IMG/VR virus record: IMGVR_UViG_3300014819_001231 | DNA length: 64,000 nt | Direction: 5' to 3' (one strand) | Source: an uncultured virus (IMG/VR IMGVR_UViG_3300014819_001231) | Taxonomy: Duplodnaviria; Heunggongvirae; Uroviricota; Caudoviricetes | Part shown: positions 18,734 to 31,300 of the stretch, piece after piece | Layout: the number at the start of each line of letters is the position of its first letter | Position numbering within the stretch: the stretch's first letter is position 1 | Program-made: the position numbers and the translations under genes | The notes under the pieces: model-generated | What the model was told of the DNA's origin: nothing | The model's database searches: none | The model's input: the letters and a program-made list of their open reading frames with translations, nothing else

Positions 18734-19033
18734 TTAATATTGGTCAACATATTTTGATATTTTTGTTTGATTCGAAATGCTCAAAGAAGCATGACTTGTG
18801 TAGTTTGAAGATGACATATAGAATTTTTTAGAGAACGACCATTCGTCTAAAATGTAGTTTTGAAACTCTGTAGAATTCAAATTGATTACATCATCAGACG
18901 AAAATTTAAGTTGGCTAATTACGTTTTCATAATTTTTTTCATAATTAATTCTCCAAGGAAACCCAAGGGTCTTTAGCCCTTGGGAGGAATTGGTGTTCAG
19001 ATTATTATACGATTTAATTTTAGATTTGAACAT
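18734..19033 (-). CDS. Hypothetical phage protein
   Basis: YENVISQL...INLNSTEFQNYILDEWSF. ATG at 19033 minimises overlap with the upstream gene. Confidence 0.5.
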   Translation of the reverse strand: MFKSKIKSYNNLNTNSSQGLKTLGFPWRINYEKNYENVISQLKFSSDDVINLNSTEFQNYILDEWSFSKKFYMSSSNYTSHASLSISNQTKISKYVDQY

Positions 19034-22000
19034 TAAAAATATCCGTACTAATAATATTTCCATAACCCACAGATCCATCTGAATTTAAAACTCCAGGAGT
19101 TAAATTGCAAAAAATTTGATCATTTAGTATAATTATTCCACTTGACAGTGTTGATGATTGGGATAATAAGTCTGCGCCTTTGGATGTTAGTTTGTACCAA
19201 TCATATTTTGTGTAGTTGAAAGTATTATTATTTTGAGAATTTTGAAAAACAAAACTAGACTGATATCCGCCTTGATTGAAATAATAGTTAAGTGTTAAAT
19301 CAGTGGACGCGCTAACGGAATATACTGTGGAAACACCCGTGTACACTGAGGTAAAAGGAGTGATTGAAGCAGATGATATAGACGGGGCAAAATTTGGACT
19401 AATTGTTAATATGTTTGAATTTGTGGTGTCCCCTGACGAATAATTACTATTAGGTTGAACCGATACAAACCATTGATCTCTTGCGTCGAATAGTATTCGA
19501 CTGCCTACATCGGAGATTGATTCTGATATTTTGCCATCATAGTTAGGAAAAATTGTTAAACTAGCAGATGTTGGATATCCATATACAGAATTGGAATACT
19601 GCACACCATTATTAGGATTTATTCTCACAAAATAATCTGCGGTAACATAATCTGCCAGCAACGGTGGGAGAATGGTGTAAGCAGACACTATGCCACTAAT
19701 TCCAGATATTGTCACTCCACCACTTATAATAACAGAATTTGTTACCGTAGTGTTCACGCCTATATAGTTGGCTCCTCTATCCGCGATGTATACTTGTGTC
19801 ACATTTGTGTTTAAGCCAACAGAATTAATTGTTAATGATAAAATGAATGGATGCGCAGTGGCATTTGTAGCGGTCACATCCACGGTGGTTAATCCATTTG
19901 GTAATGCACCATTTGTAATTGTTAAGTTTACAGAAGGATCATAAACCACATATTCTATACCTGTTCGTTTTCTCCACCACCATATATTTGAGCCACTTTC
20001 TGAAGCATTTCCGTCATCTTTATAATTATAAGATATTTGATACAAATCATTCACTCTTGCAGTGGCGGGTGAAATGACTGGCAAGCCAGATAGATATGGT
20101 CTTGTATAATTGTAAGAATTTATATAGGTTGGTTGATCGGGCAAATTTGTGTAAGTAAAATTGAATGCCTGCAAATTGATCGCATCATTTGAATAACTAT
20201 TAACTTGCAGACCAGCTCTAAAAGAATTTGCAAATTTTATAAAAACCGAAACAAAATCTGAAGGCTCTCTAGATGAAGAGAATGTGATTGCCCCATCGTA
20301 ATAGTCTATGGAATATTGTCCTTTGAAAATAATTTGATTAATTAAAACAACAATAAAGGCATCTGGTGGTATTCTTCCGTATCTGAGATAATATGTTTTG
20401 TAATCATATGTGGTAGTGGGCTCCCCGATTATGTTTTTGCTTTTTTCTGAATATTGAATTATTGCTGAATAAGATTTGTATTGTGGCAATCCCGTGCTTG
20501 GAATGATATCGTTCAAAGCGAATGTAAAAGAAATTATGCCACTAGCAGGGTCAACATTGTAAGGTGGCAAAACCTTATTTCCAAACAGATACAAAGTAAA
20601 AATATCAGTGTTGTCCCAAGTGTATATGGTGTTATTATTGTCTGCAATATAAAATTGTTTATAATTTATTGAGCCGTCTGAAGATGTTACTGGAACCAAA
20701 AGTAAACCAGAAACTGTATACGCTGGTGTGATTCTGAAAGATTGCTGTCTGTTTGTTAAAGCAGAGTTTCTGTTCAACTGTATTTGCTCGTAATATGCAG
20801 TATTAGAAGTATTAGTTCTTCCGGCTATTGGAATTATATCTACTAAATTATTATTTGTAAAAGATGCTGTAGCTAAAGTTTGAAACATTTGGCCATCTAT
20901 ATTTTGAGGATACGAAAGAAATGTTTGTGTAAAAGGAACAACCACAACATGATAGAGACTATTTACAGAAGGCAATAATCTTTGCCCGTTATTATCTTCT
21001 GTAAAATCCACCCTGTAATATATTGCTGAAACTTTTTGGTTTAAATAATATCTTTGTGAATTATTTAAAAATATTCTATTACTAAAATTTATTCTATCTT
21101 TGGACCATACAAAACTTACTTTTGCGGTAGAGTTACCGGGGGTTGAAAATGAAGTATAGATGTAGCTAATAAATTTTGGGGAATCAAAATCGTAATTTCT
21201 AACCCAATACGAAGTGAATAAACTCATTGTGTCTTGCACAACAAGAGAATTTCTTAAATCTGATTCTGGATAGCTTATATATTTGTAAAGTTTTGAATTA
21301 ATTCCATCAATCATGGTTCTTAAATCATTTTCGTTGCCCGAACTACTTGGGCTTACCACTAGTACCTGGCCACCATCTGGACCCCAAGCCACTCTCAAGC
21401 TACTACTCACACCTTGCGCTGTAGCGTGAGAGTTGTCAGTACCATCGCTTGTGACAATAATAAGCGGCTTAAAACTTTGTGAATATTGTTTTAGTGCAAG
21501 AGATAAACCTAAAGCTGAATTTTGACAATCACTAAAATATGTGGATAAACCATTTATAGTCGCATCAAAAACCCAATCTTTACTTAAAATATAATTTACT
21601 GGAGTTTTACCTGATGTATCAGTGTAAAATCCAGAAGTATAATTATTGGGAGAAATTTTAATGGAAGAATTGTCAGAGTAAATAACTAACCCATATGCAT
21701 AATTGCTTGCTGAATAAATAAATGGATTTGTATTTTGTTGATAAATAATTTTATATTGATTCGGATTAGAACTCGCAATTAAATTTAAACTCAAATATTG
21801 TTCGTAGTCTTCTTGATATTGATTTTTTACTGAAGGAACATTAATGAACTGTGAGTCAATCAAATTAATATTTTCCGAATAAAAATTTTGAACAACTGAG
21901 GGAAATTGAAGCCTTGAAACAAGAAGCATGGCATCATATAATCGAGATTGTCTTCCTGTATTATTGATTGTTGCTGTGGCATTTATAAGTTGTGTGGTAT

Positions 22001-22190
22001 CATTTGTGAAAACTAAATTACCATTGGAGTTGCTAAAACTATAGCAATTAGAACTTGTAAAATTGCCTTGGGTAGAATTCGAAAGCAAGTTTGTTATAAA
22101 TTGATCAAAGCTATATAATGAAATTAAAAGTTTTGAATTGCCAGCAGAATTGGCTAATCTTCCATATAAATTATTTGTTGAAATAGACAT
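19020..22190 (-). CDS. Virion protein with C-terminal part of a vWA domain and Ig-like (A9-type) repeats
   Basis: ISLYSFD, SRLYDAM and LIIVTSDGTDN are vWA-like. YNYKDDGNASESGSNIWWWR and APSISSASITP...YDWYK are Ig-like. Confidence 0.6.
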   Translation of the reverse strand: MSISTNNLYGRLANSAGNSKLLISLYSFDQFITNLLSNSTQGNFTSSNCYSFSNSNGNLVFTNDTTQLINATATINNTGRQSRLYDAMLLVSRLQFPSVVQNFYSENINLIDSQFINVPSVKNQYQEDYEQYLSLNLIASSNPNQYKIIYQQNTNPFIYSASNYAYGLVIYSDNSSIKISPNNYTSGFYTDTSGKTPVNYILSKDWVFDATINGLSTYFSDCQNSALGLSLALKQYSQSFKPLIIVTSDGTDNSHATAQGVSSSLRVAWGPDGGQVLVVSPSSSGNENDLRTMIDGINSKLYKYISYPESDLRNSLVVQDTMSLFTSYWVRNYDFDSPKFISYIYTSFSTPGNSTAKVSFVWSKDRINFSNRIFLNNSQRYYLNQKVSAIYYRVDFTEDNNGQRLLPSVNSLYHVVVVPFTQTFLSYPQNIDGQMFQTLATASFTNNNLVDIIPIAGRTNTSNTAYYEQIQLNRNSALTNRQQSFRITPAYTVSGLLLVPVTSSDGSINYKQFYIADNNNTIYTWDNTDIFTLYLFGNKVLPPYNVDPASGIISFTFALNDIIPSTGLPQYKSYSAIIQYSEKSKNIIGEPTTTYDYKTYYLRYGRIPPDAFIVVLINQIIFKGQYSIDYYDGAITFSSSREPSDFVSVFIKFANSFRAGLQVNSYSNDAINLQAFNFTYTNLPDQPTYINSYNYTRPYLSGLPVISPATARVNDLYQISYNYKDDGNASESGSNIWWWRKRTGIEYVVYDPSVNLTITNGALPNGLTTVDVTATNATAHPFILSLTINSVGLNTNVTQVYIADRGANYIGVNTTVTNSVIISGGVTISGISGIVSAYTILPPLLADYVTADYFVRINPNNGVQYSNSVYGYPTSASLTIFPNYDGKISESISDVGSRILFDARDQWFVSVQPNSNYSSGDTTNSNILTISPNFAPSISSASITPFTSVYTGVSTVYSVSASTDLTLNYYFNQGGYQSSFVFQNSQNNNTFNYTKYDWYKLTSKGADLLSQSSTLSSGIIILNDQIFCNLTPGVLNSDGSVGYGNIISTDIFNVQI

Positions 22191-22240
22191 TATAAAGCGC
22201 TCTTCAATTCAATTTTAGTAATTTTTGGAACAAAATCCTG

Positions 22241-25200
22241 TTAATTAACCAAAACATTGATGATGGCTTGAGTAACATAATCACTGGATATTCCAGATTG
22301 TGTAATTATTCCTGTGTCATTAATTTCCATAGATTTAGAATCATCAAATAATACACTGCATATAACTCCAACATTTGAGAACAAGCTACCTGTAGAAGAT
22401 ATCGACGCTCCATATAATGCACCCGAGGCGAAGCCTATTGGACTATTTGAATTGTAATATCCCACTGGTTCAATTATTTCTGTAATTTGAGCCGGGGTGG
22501 AAACATTTATTCTAAAGAAAAAATCTTTACCTGTCAGTGAGCCATTTTCTGTTTGCGCATTGCCATATATGTAAGGATTAGTTTGATTGGATAACCCCCA
22601 AGTCACAAAGGCAGACTGTGCGCTTCCATCAGTGGCTATGCCAAGATAATATGTTTGATTTGCCGATATAGGACAATTAATAAATTGGAATCCATACATT
22701 CCAGGAAAGCTTTTAGAAGATAAAGATAGCGCGGTGTATGATTGTGTTGCAGCTAATCCGTTAGATATAAAAGCCGACACAATAGTAGGATTTGGTAAAT
22801 TCTGTGGATTCAAATATACAAAAGCTTTATCTATTGTTCCTGCAGACATAGATTGAAATGATTGCTCTGGAGCAAGATCAAGGGGTATTCCATAAGTGGG
22901 GCTGGATAATATTTCAATATTAATATCATTAATGTTGGCTGAGTCTTTAATATCATACCAATTATCTCCATCGTCTTTAGTGACCCAAAGCCCGATATTG
23001 GTTGCTACAACTAAATAATTGGTATTTGCATTAGTGAAATATTTCATATCAGAAACTGATAAATCTTGTCCTGCAAATCTTGATGTTTTAGTAAAAGAGC
23101 TACACCTATCTATAGATCGATACACCCCGGAATCAGTTCCCACAAACCAAGTGGCGGCGGTTGAGTCATTCGTTTTTTTTGTTATGCAATAGCATTGTCG
23201 CCCCACTAAATGAATATTATTTGATCTATTCTGTGGATAAAAAACTAAACCCGTGGGATCAGCCACATCACATTGTTTCCAATTGATCACTTGATATACT
23301 CCGTTTGATGTGAGCATTACAAGCCATGTATTTTTACCACCACTAGGAACTGGCTGTATTTTAAATACTTTGGCTGGCAGTCCGGGAAGCAAAGCATTTA
23401 TTTTATTTATGTTAAGTACAATATTGTTGCCAAACATCTCCCTTCCATAGAGTAGTGTATGAGGTGAAACAAGGGTAGATGAATTTGGGCTTTTATCAGT
23501 GGTAAAGGCCCAAACACTATAATCAGTAGCTAGATAAATTGCCGGATGCTCTGTCCTGTTATTATTTTCGTCATATCTGTAAAAAGTATCATAATAAATA
23601 TCATATATTTCATGGCCTTCAAAAAAATCGCTAGCTAAACTAGTTGCACCCGTTGTTGTATTTGTAGTCCTAAGAACGAAAGACAAACCATTTTGTTTGC
23701 CATAAGCTTCGTATCTTTTAGATACAGTAGAGTTTCCATTGCCATTATTGACATACCAGCTACCCATATTTATTGAGATAACAGGCTCAGCAAAAAGTGA
23801 GTTTTGGACATACGCACCAGCTACTTGATAAAATAAACCTAAGTCTGTGCCTGCGTAAGTATATGAATTTCCTGTTGAATCCGTGAGTGTTTTATTTGCG
23901 AAATAAACAATCTTTGAATTATTTATTGTGTCAATTCTATTCCATGTTGATGAAGATCTAATATAATTCCAAATGCCTTTGTCTGTGGCAAAAAGTGGAT
24001 TATTTCCATATTCAAAATCTAGGATCAAAGTTATTGTAGAAGGCGCGGCGGCAATATCAGTGGAAGATGGATCTACCCCAAAAGTATATCCTGTAAATGT
24101 CGCAGTGGGGTCAAAATTAGATAAATTAGATATTGCGATTGTGTTTTTGAGCCCTCTTTGCACTCCAGATAAATTTTCACCAGGAATGGATGGGTAAGAA
24201 ATTAAACTAGAACTTATGTTATTTAGGGCGTTATAGAGATTATAGACATTAGCATGGCTCACCGAATCCATGTGGTAGGTGAGTGTTTGGGTCATGCCAA
24301 GAGTTATTTTGTCTTCAATCCCTAAAACATCGTTGTATAATTGTCCAATATAAACTTTTGACCCAGAAGTAAGTGGCAATGTAGAAGGCAGTGGAGGTAT
24401 TATGTATACTTTTCCCGATTTATAAGCTACGCTTACTTGTATCAGTTCTGTATACTGTTGTTGAATATTTGAGTTAGATGAAGCGGGCCGTAATCCAACA
24501 ATTTTAACGATAGTCGTTTCGGCACTCCAAAGTGTGTTATCAAAATGGTCTATTGGTAATACGGTATCTTTCGCTGTAGTGGGATCGTAAGTAGAGGCTA
24601 AAACAGCAGCAGGGTTTGGTTGAGCAGTAATGATGTTGAAAACTTCTCCGTGTGGAGTGTTGCCAGCATTTGTGATATATTGTCCAATATTGGTTAAACT
24701 CACAGTCACCTTATCTGTGGAATTGAGAGATTTTGTAAACTTTATTAAACCAGAGATTGAATCATAACTGAATGGATATTGAGATCCGTAGATTCCATTC
24801 ACTTGAACAATAATTAATGGATATTCCACCCAGGGGTTTACATAATAATCAATGAAATTCACTTCATACAAAAGCCTAGAAGGATTTAGAGATTTTGAAT
24901 AGGTGACAGCCTGTGAATTCAAATCCAAAGAAAACGTTCCTTCAGTTGTTGCTTTTTGAAAATTAACAAAGCAAGAACCTAAATTACAATAGCCGTTTAA
25001 AACATCGGTGGAATATTTGTTTCCTGGATTATTTATATTATAAGATGACACCACTCCGCTATTTACTGTAATATCCACTGTCAGACCAGAACCAGAAGTT
25101 CCAGCAAAAAACGCATTGTTTGGATAGAAACCATCTACAGGAGTGCCGTTTGTAATATAGGGCCCAGATATTGATACAATTTTTCCTGTGTATTGATTAT

Positions 25201-28200
25201 CTGTATATTCATCATATACAGATAAATTTGCTTGTTCTTGTGCTGTTGTAATCGTATTAATAAATCTTTGGTAGCTCTTTAAACCCTGACTGAAAACTTC
25301 AGCTGAAGTTTTAAAAATCCCATTAGAACTAAATACTACGAGGGTTCCATTATTTACATCTGCAAAACTTGTATAGTGCCTAATACTAGATATTACTCCA
25401 TATTTTGCAGTATCCCAAACTATTGGGATTACAACAGGCATAATACTTGGATCTGAATAGCAAAGCACCCTAAAAATTCTAGATGTTGTGGCTACAAAAA
25501 ATGAATTATAATAATTTTGAGATGTGATGTCTGAAAGTGGTCCGCTTGACACGTCTTTTGTAACGCTAACAACATAATCTGTACTACTTAAATTACTTTC
25601 TGAAGCATATGATAATATATTTGCATAGAATAAAGCAAATAATCTTTGACCAGGATTGCCAGGATTAGCAATAAGCTCAATCCATTCGGTATTCGATTGA
25701 TTTCCGTTTAAAATTAAAATTCTTTTGTTTGAAATTGTTTTTGCATAGTAAAGAAGATTACTAGAAATATTATATACATAAACACCATTTTGGGTGGGAT
25801 CTGTTTGATTTTTTAAAAGAACGCAATCATTATTAGCTAGTGTATATCCGTCAATATTAAAAATTGGCTGAGTAATATCAACATTACCATTTATTTGGGA
25901 ATATGGATTGGTGTTTGAAGCACAAGCCACTGTGATTTGTGAAAGATTTTGAGTTAGAGCCTCATAATATGTTGTTGTGGTGGTGCTTGAGGTTGCTGAT
26001 GTCGTTACAACTGTCAAAAGCTGTGAGGAGTTAGATAAATAAATTCCATAACTGTCTCCCCAAATAACAAGCTCTGGTTGATTATAATTGTCATTAGGAT
26101 CATCTCCCAGCCATCTAACATATGTGAATTTGCTTAAATTTTGATTATAACTGGTATTTATCGTGTTTACAGTAAATAATGTTCCTGTGCCAGAAACATA
26201 AACAAATAATCCATTATCAGTCGCGGCATATAGTGCGCGATAATTTTGAAAATCATGTTCTGTAAGCCCTGTATCATGGCTGGTAGTAATGATACCAACA
26301 TTAACTGCCTCTGAAATTTTATTTATTGAACCTGTAGGAGAATTTGTGGTATTTGTTGTAGGTGTATTCCAGATTGGCTGAAGTGGATTAGCACCTTGTA
26401 ATAAATTTGTTGAGTATAGCCCATCACTTGCTGCGATATAAAAAATATTATTTATTGCAAGGTGGGGTGTAAGAATAACTTCACCTGTTGTGTATTGATA
26501 TACATTTACTGTTGCAATAAAATCATTTACAGTGATTGGCAGATATGAACTATTTAGCGGTAAAGTAATTTTTGCAAAATTAATTCCGAAGTCTTGAGAC
26601 AAATAAAGTATATTTCTGAATTGATTGATAGATTTAGATAATACCCAAAAATACTTTGGATTTAATGTGCTAACAGCAGGAGTGACACCAGAAGCAGAAT
26701 ATGCAATAAAATTACCAAAATAATTTTCAGAAAATCTGTCTGCCACACCAAAATCTGTGCTCCAATTAATTTTATAGATATTAGAAAAGTCTTTTGAATT
26801 CCCCGCTGTTGCAAATAATCCATTTGGAGTGGATATAATTGTTCTTTGTGGAACTGTCGATTCAGAGGCAAAAGCCTTAACATAATTGGTAATTTTTGCA
26901 TATAATATTGTGTCGGAATGTTGAATCGGGCAATTTATCACTGGATAAAAATTGATATGATCCCCAGAATCTAAAAGTTTTTTATAAGGAATTATATTTG
27001 CAGGGGCGTTGATTCTAAAAAATCCTAAATGATCAAGGCCAGACAACCTATATGGAGGGATTGTGCCAGATTTAATACTAGCTGCATTGATTGAAGCAAT
27101 TTTAGAAGAAGGTAAAATTCCAGTAATTTGTATTTCTGGAATTAAAAATTTAATTGTTACATTTGTCGTGGAATAATCCGATATTGAAGGTAAAATCGGC
27201 CCCAAGAAATATAACATCCCATTTGTGCTATCCAAAGTGTAAGTATTAGACTCCAAAATTAAATTATTTAAATATATTTCAATGTTTGAATAATCTCCAT
27301 TATTCCATTTGAAAATGTTTAATAATTCTGTTTCACCATCTGGCCCCAAATGTGTAGTACCATCGGTTATTATATATTTGTATGGCGAATTATCTGGATT
27401 CGTATATTGTAATATAGTAGAAGTAAGCGGCGCGTTTTCACTCGCATTAATATAACAAGTGGGACCAGGAGCCAACGGATATATTATTTTAATCGAAGAA
27501 TTTACAGGAACAGAATTTTGCAAGAATAATATAGATCCATTGATCTGATATTGACTTAAAAGCAAAAGATTAGAATTCAAAAAAACTTGAGGTATGCCAT
27601 ATTTTCCTGTGGGAGGGGTAAATAGGAATGCATTTTGGTTGGCATCAGAAACTACAATATCAATTACCAATTCATCACTTAAATTAATTTTACTAGGCAT
27701 TCCATCTTCGCCAGAGTGGACATGGTTAAGTAAAGCTTGTTTTAAAAGTTTTTGAAGTTGGCTATTTTCGCCCGCTAAATCATTCCTTCTATCAGAATAT
27801 GATATTTGAGTGATTTGAATTGTGGTAACACTGTTTATTGTAACATTATTAACATACACTTCGCCGATATAGATCGCAGGATTGTATAAGTCATAATCTG
27901 GATCTGGATATAATGGCGCAATTATATTGCAAAGATATTCTGTGTTTGTGCAAACATTTTTTTGTGCCCAAACATAATAATGATTCACTGCATAAAATCG
28001 GAAAAAAGATGGGTATTCAGTGGCTGCATGAAAAACAGAAATCACACCCAGCCCCGGCGTAACCACAATGCACTGTGCCCATGCGTCATCATCAAGTGGG
28101 CCCGGTTTTCCAATGCTTTCATACTCTAGAGCTAAATAAGAAAATGGATTTTCATGATAGGAATCCAAAAGAGCTTGCCTTTGTTGCATTACATAAGGAT

Positions 28201-28378
28201 TCGATTTACATCCCATCCAAATTATTTGCCAACCATTAACAATTCCTTGACCTATATAATCATACATCCCAAAAAATTGATTTTCGGAGGTATACATATT
28301 ATCTTGATCGTATTGAGGATAGATTAAATCACCCTGCTCAAGATACAAATATTTATAGATTGACGTTCGGTTGGACAT
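22241..28378 (-). CDS. Giant tail-fibre / adhesin protein with Asp-box beta-propellers
   Basis: 2045 aa. Asp boxes SQDFGINF, SIDRCSSF and TKDDGDNW; repeated AxTDxGL blades; IDGYTLANNDCVLLKNQTDPTQNGVY motif; NHVH; C-terminal DDSKSM. Confidence 0.7.
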   Translation of the reverse strand: MSNRTSIYKYLYLEQGDLIYPQYDQDNMYTSENQFFGMYDYIGQGIVNGWQIIWMGCKSNPYVMQQRQALLDSYHENPFSYLALEYESIGKPGPLDDDAWAQCIVVTPGLGVISVFHAATEYPSFFRFYAVNHYYVWAQKNVCTNTEYLCNIIAPLYPDPDYDLYNPAIYIGEVYVNNVTINSVTTIQITQISYSDRRNDLAGENSQLQKLLKQALLNHVHSGEDGMPSKINLSDELVIDIVVSDANQNAFLFTPPTGKYGIPQVFLNSNLLLLSQYQINGSILFLQNSVPVNSSIKIIYPLAPGPTCYINASENAPLTSTILQYTNPDNSPYKYIITDGTTHLGPDGETELLNIFKWNNGDYSNIEIYLNNLILESNTYTLDSTNGMLYFLGPILPSISDYSTTNVTIKFLIPEIQITGILPSSKIASINAASIKSGTIPPYRLSGLDHLGFFRINAPANIIPYKKLLDSGDHINFYPVINCPIQHSDTILYAKITNYVKAFASESTVPQRTIISTPNGLFATAGNSKDFSNIYKINWSTDFGVADRFSENYFGNFIAYSASGVTPAVSTLNPKYFWVLSKSINQFRNILYLSQDFGINFAKITLPLNSSYLPITVNDFIATVNVYQYTTGEVILTPHLAINNIFYIAASDGLYSTNLLQGANPLQPIWNTPTTNTTNSPTGSINKISEAVNVGIITTSHDTGLTEHDFQNYRALYAATDNGLFVYVSGTGTLFTVNTINTSYNQNLSKFTYVRWLGDDPNDNYNQPELVIWGDSYGIYLSNSSQLLTVVTTSATSSTTTTTYYEALTQNLSQITVACASNTNPYSQINGNVDITQPIFNIDGYTLANNDCVLLKNQTDPTQNGVYVYNISSNLLYYAKTISNKRILILNGNQSNTEWIELIANPGNPGQRLFALFYANILSYASESNLSSTDYVVSVTKDVSSGPLSDITSQNYYNSFFVATTSRIFRVLCYSDPSIMPVVIPIVWDTAKYGVISSIRHYTSFADVNNGTLVVFSSNGIFKTSAEVFSQGLKSYQRFINTITTAQEQANLSVYDEYTDNQYTGKIVSISGPYITNGTPVDGFYPNNAFFAGTSGSGLTVDITVNSGVVSSYNINNPGNKYSTDVLNGYCNLGSCFVNFQKATTEGTFSLDLNSQAVTYSKSLNPSRLLYEVNFIDYYVNPWVEYPLIIVQVNGIYGSQYPFSYDSISGLIKFTKSLNSTDKVTVSLTNIGQYITNAGNTPHGEVFNIITAQPNPAAVLASTYDPTTAKDTVLPIDHFDNTLWSAETTIVKIVGLRPASSNSNIQQQYTELIQVSVAYKSGKVYIIPPLPSTLPLTSGSKVYIGQLYNDVLGIEDKITLGMTQTLTYHMDSVSHANVYNLYNALNNISSSLISYPSIPGENLSGVQRGLKNTIAISNLSNFDPTATFTGYTFGVDPSSTDIAAAPSTITLILDFEYGNNPLFATDKGIWNYIRSSSTWNRIDTINNSKIVYFANKTLTDSTGNSYTYAGTDLGLFYQVAGAYVQNSLFAEPVISINMGSWYVNNGNGNSTVSKRYEAYGKQNGLSFVLRTTNTTTGATSLASDFFEGHEIYDIYYDTFYRYDENNNRTEHPAIYLATDYSVWAFTTDKSPNSSTLVSPHTLLYGREMFGNNIVLNINKINALLPGLPAKVFKIQPVPSGGKNTWLVMLTSNGVYQVINWKQCDVADPTGLVFYPQNRSNNIHLVGRQCYCITKKTNDSTAATWFVGTDSGVYRSIDRCSSFTKTSRFAGQDLSVSDMKYFTNANTNYLVVATNIGLWVTKDDGDNWYDIKDSANINDINIEILSSPTYGIPLDLAPEQSFQSMSAGTIDKAFVYLNPQNLPNPTIVSAFISNGLAATQSYTALSLSSKSFPGMYGFQFINCPISANQTYYLGIATDGSAQSAFVTWGLSNQTNPYIYGNAQTENGSLTGKDFFFRINVSTPAQITEIIEPVGYYNSNSPIGFASGALYGASISSTGSLFSNVGVICSVLFDDSKSMEINDTGIITQSGISSDYVTQAIINVLVN

Positions 28379-31300
28379 TATGTTGATATAAATTGCTTAG
28401 TGATAAATTCGGAATTGTAGACAATATTATTTTCTACATACCCTGTTATAAACAATCCTATAGTTTGAACAGCAGATGTAGAAAAAATTATAATGGGGTT
28501 TTGTCGATTAATCGCAGGTCCTGCGAGTGAATCTTCATTTGGAGGCACAAATGTTGCAATCCCAAGGGGGTATGAAGTACCAAATGACCAATTATAAGAC
28601 GAGATTATGCCAATGCTATTATTGACAAATTGATATCCATTCGTTACAGCGATTCCAGATGAATTTACATATTTTTTAATTGTAAAGGCTGCCTGAGGAG
28701 GCATAAAATACAAATTATTTGGCCCCATATCCATTTGAACAGCAAACTCATCAAAGAATGCAGCATTTGATGTAGATGATTTCAATATTACACCAAATTT
28801 AATTGTACTTGAGGGGCTTGATAACGTAAATATTTGATTAGGGGTGATTGGTGTGTATGTAGAAGGGTTGACATTTGTAGGATCAGTGGTATAACCAAAA
28901 GACACTGAGCCACCATTAGTTACAAAATTCGCGGTGAGAATCCCCCTTCTAAACTGCGGTGTTGGAGTGATACTAGATTGGGTGCTTGCATTAAAGGTCT
29001 TTGTCAAGAATTGCGATGTTCCAGCACCAGAATATGTTATTAATACACTTTGAACCACTGGTGTTATATTTTTAGATGCAGTGGTGAGAACAAGCTTAAA
29101 TTGAATCCATTGACCTGATAAACTCGCAATATTACCAAGAATAGACACAATCTGATTTTGATAATTGGTATAATTGTCTATTGTTGACAAACTATATGAA
29201 TTAATATAATCTTTATCATTTAAATCCATCAAAGATCCAGCCGTTTTTACATAAAGTGTTACAGAAGTGCCCCACTCATAATTATCTGGCGGGAAACTAT
29301 TTGGATTTTGTATGTAACTTTCATCTTGTTGATAACCCGGAATTAATGCAAGCACCTGAATCTGACTCCATGTGGTCACATCAGCTGCATAGAAAGGATC
29401 ACTCTCAAAAACGCCCGTTTCTCTTACCATTTTTGTACCGGAGTAAATATAATTTGAAGAACCATCGGGCTGTGGCGTAAACAAATTAACGTTATTTACA
29501 TTTTGATTTGGGTTTATCTCAACTATTCTGCCAGATGGAGTGGCTTGATTGTTACTTTGTTGCTGAATTTGTGAATAAATATTGTCAGAAATAAGATTAT
29601 TAATACTTGATCTGTTGCCATAAGTATCTGTAAACCTAGCATAAACCGTATATTGCCCTGTAGCAAAATATGATGTATCAGCAGTTTTTAAAGTTCCATC
29701 AGAATAACCAAATATATCTTCTGTGCTTCCAGTTTGAACATACCAATTCAAATTTTTAGGAGATATAAAACTGTTAATTCCTACTAAATTACCACTGGAA
29801 GAAAGACCGTTGTATAAAGCAATAGTCCCTACACCAGTAAGAGCTTGCCCCGAAATAGAAAGAGAAAATGAAATTGGAGTACTTGCAATAAGATTTTGAG
29901 TAAAAGTATTATTGTTTAAACTAATAGGCGAGCCATTTATTGTGATATATGGCGTAAAACTATTGGGGTATTGTAGAAAATAATTTGCTGATGTTGATAT
30001 ATTTGAAAATAAATAACCAAACGCATTGTAACTAAAATTACTAGAATATCCCAATAAATTAGGATCTGTATTTATGTTTGTGTAGTTTTCAATAACGTAT
30101 GAAGACGGCAAATTAGTTAGACCCAAATCATTGTTCTGCATTAACGTTAATAAACCATAAGAATCTGTAGGAGAATAAGAAGGGGTGGCTAAAGTAATTG
30201 TAGTGAAATTCGTCTCATCAAAGATAAAGCCAGCAAGATTTGTTATAACAATTATTTTTCCTGTAATTCTTGTATTGTTAATTTGCTTAAATACAGTGCC
30301 CACAAAAACTAAAGAGCTAGAAATAAATCCGGTTATAACCGATTTAACTACTGGGCTATAAAATATTTTTGACCCGCCAAATCCCACATAAAGATTGCCA
30401 GAATTTGAAGAATAATATGCTACATCAGGTCTGTAAAAAGTACTATATTGCAAGGTCAATTTTTGCGTAGAAGAATCATATAACCAGATTTTTCCAATCA
30501 ACTTAATTTGGTCCCAAGAACCAATAATCAATCCAAACGATGTTGCATAAAGAAATGTAACTTCCGGCTCAGGGATTTGTGTTGACCAATTTTGAGCCGT
30601 AAGTGATGAATTTGAAAAGGTGAATATTCTTTGTCTATCAGAAATCTGAGCGGTGGGATCGCTCACCTGAGAAACACCAAAATATGTATTTATAGACAAT
30701 ACAGCGCAAGATGTGATCGGCAAATTACAAGAAGTTATCAATTGAACATTTTTATTCACATAATTATAAATATTCCCAACAGAATCTCCAAGCAAAATCC
30801 CAATATTTGCTATTACCGAGGTAGTAAAAATGGAACTGCTTAAGTTGTAAATGTTCGAGGTTGTATTATTTGTGTTTATGTAAACACTTGTGTCAGTGAT
30901 TATTAAATAAGACTCAACATTGTTGATATTCACTAAATAAACATATTTAATGTTCCCACCAATAGAATTTACTAAATTAGCAAACTGACTGCTATTATTT
31001 CCAAAGTCAAAATTGATATTCTGTAAGTATTGCTGTGGAGCGGAAGAGCTTAAATCAATAATAGTAGTTCCGTTAGAAGGAAAGTTTTTATTTGTGGATA
31101 TTTCTATTGTGGATATTCCAATAAAATCAGAGGCTGAAATTAAAACTGTGCCTTTTGTGCTAGTCGCATAATAATCGCCCAGGCTAATCAATTTTAACTC
31201 ATTTGTTGTAATTGGTGAATTAAAATTATACCTTATAATATTTTGAGTTAGAGCATTTGAAATCATATTGTAGTAATATGTATTATTTTTTTCATCGAAT

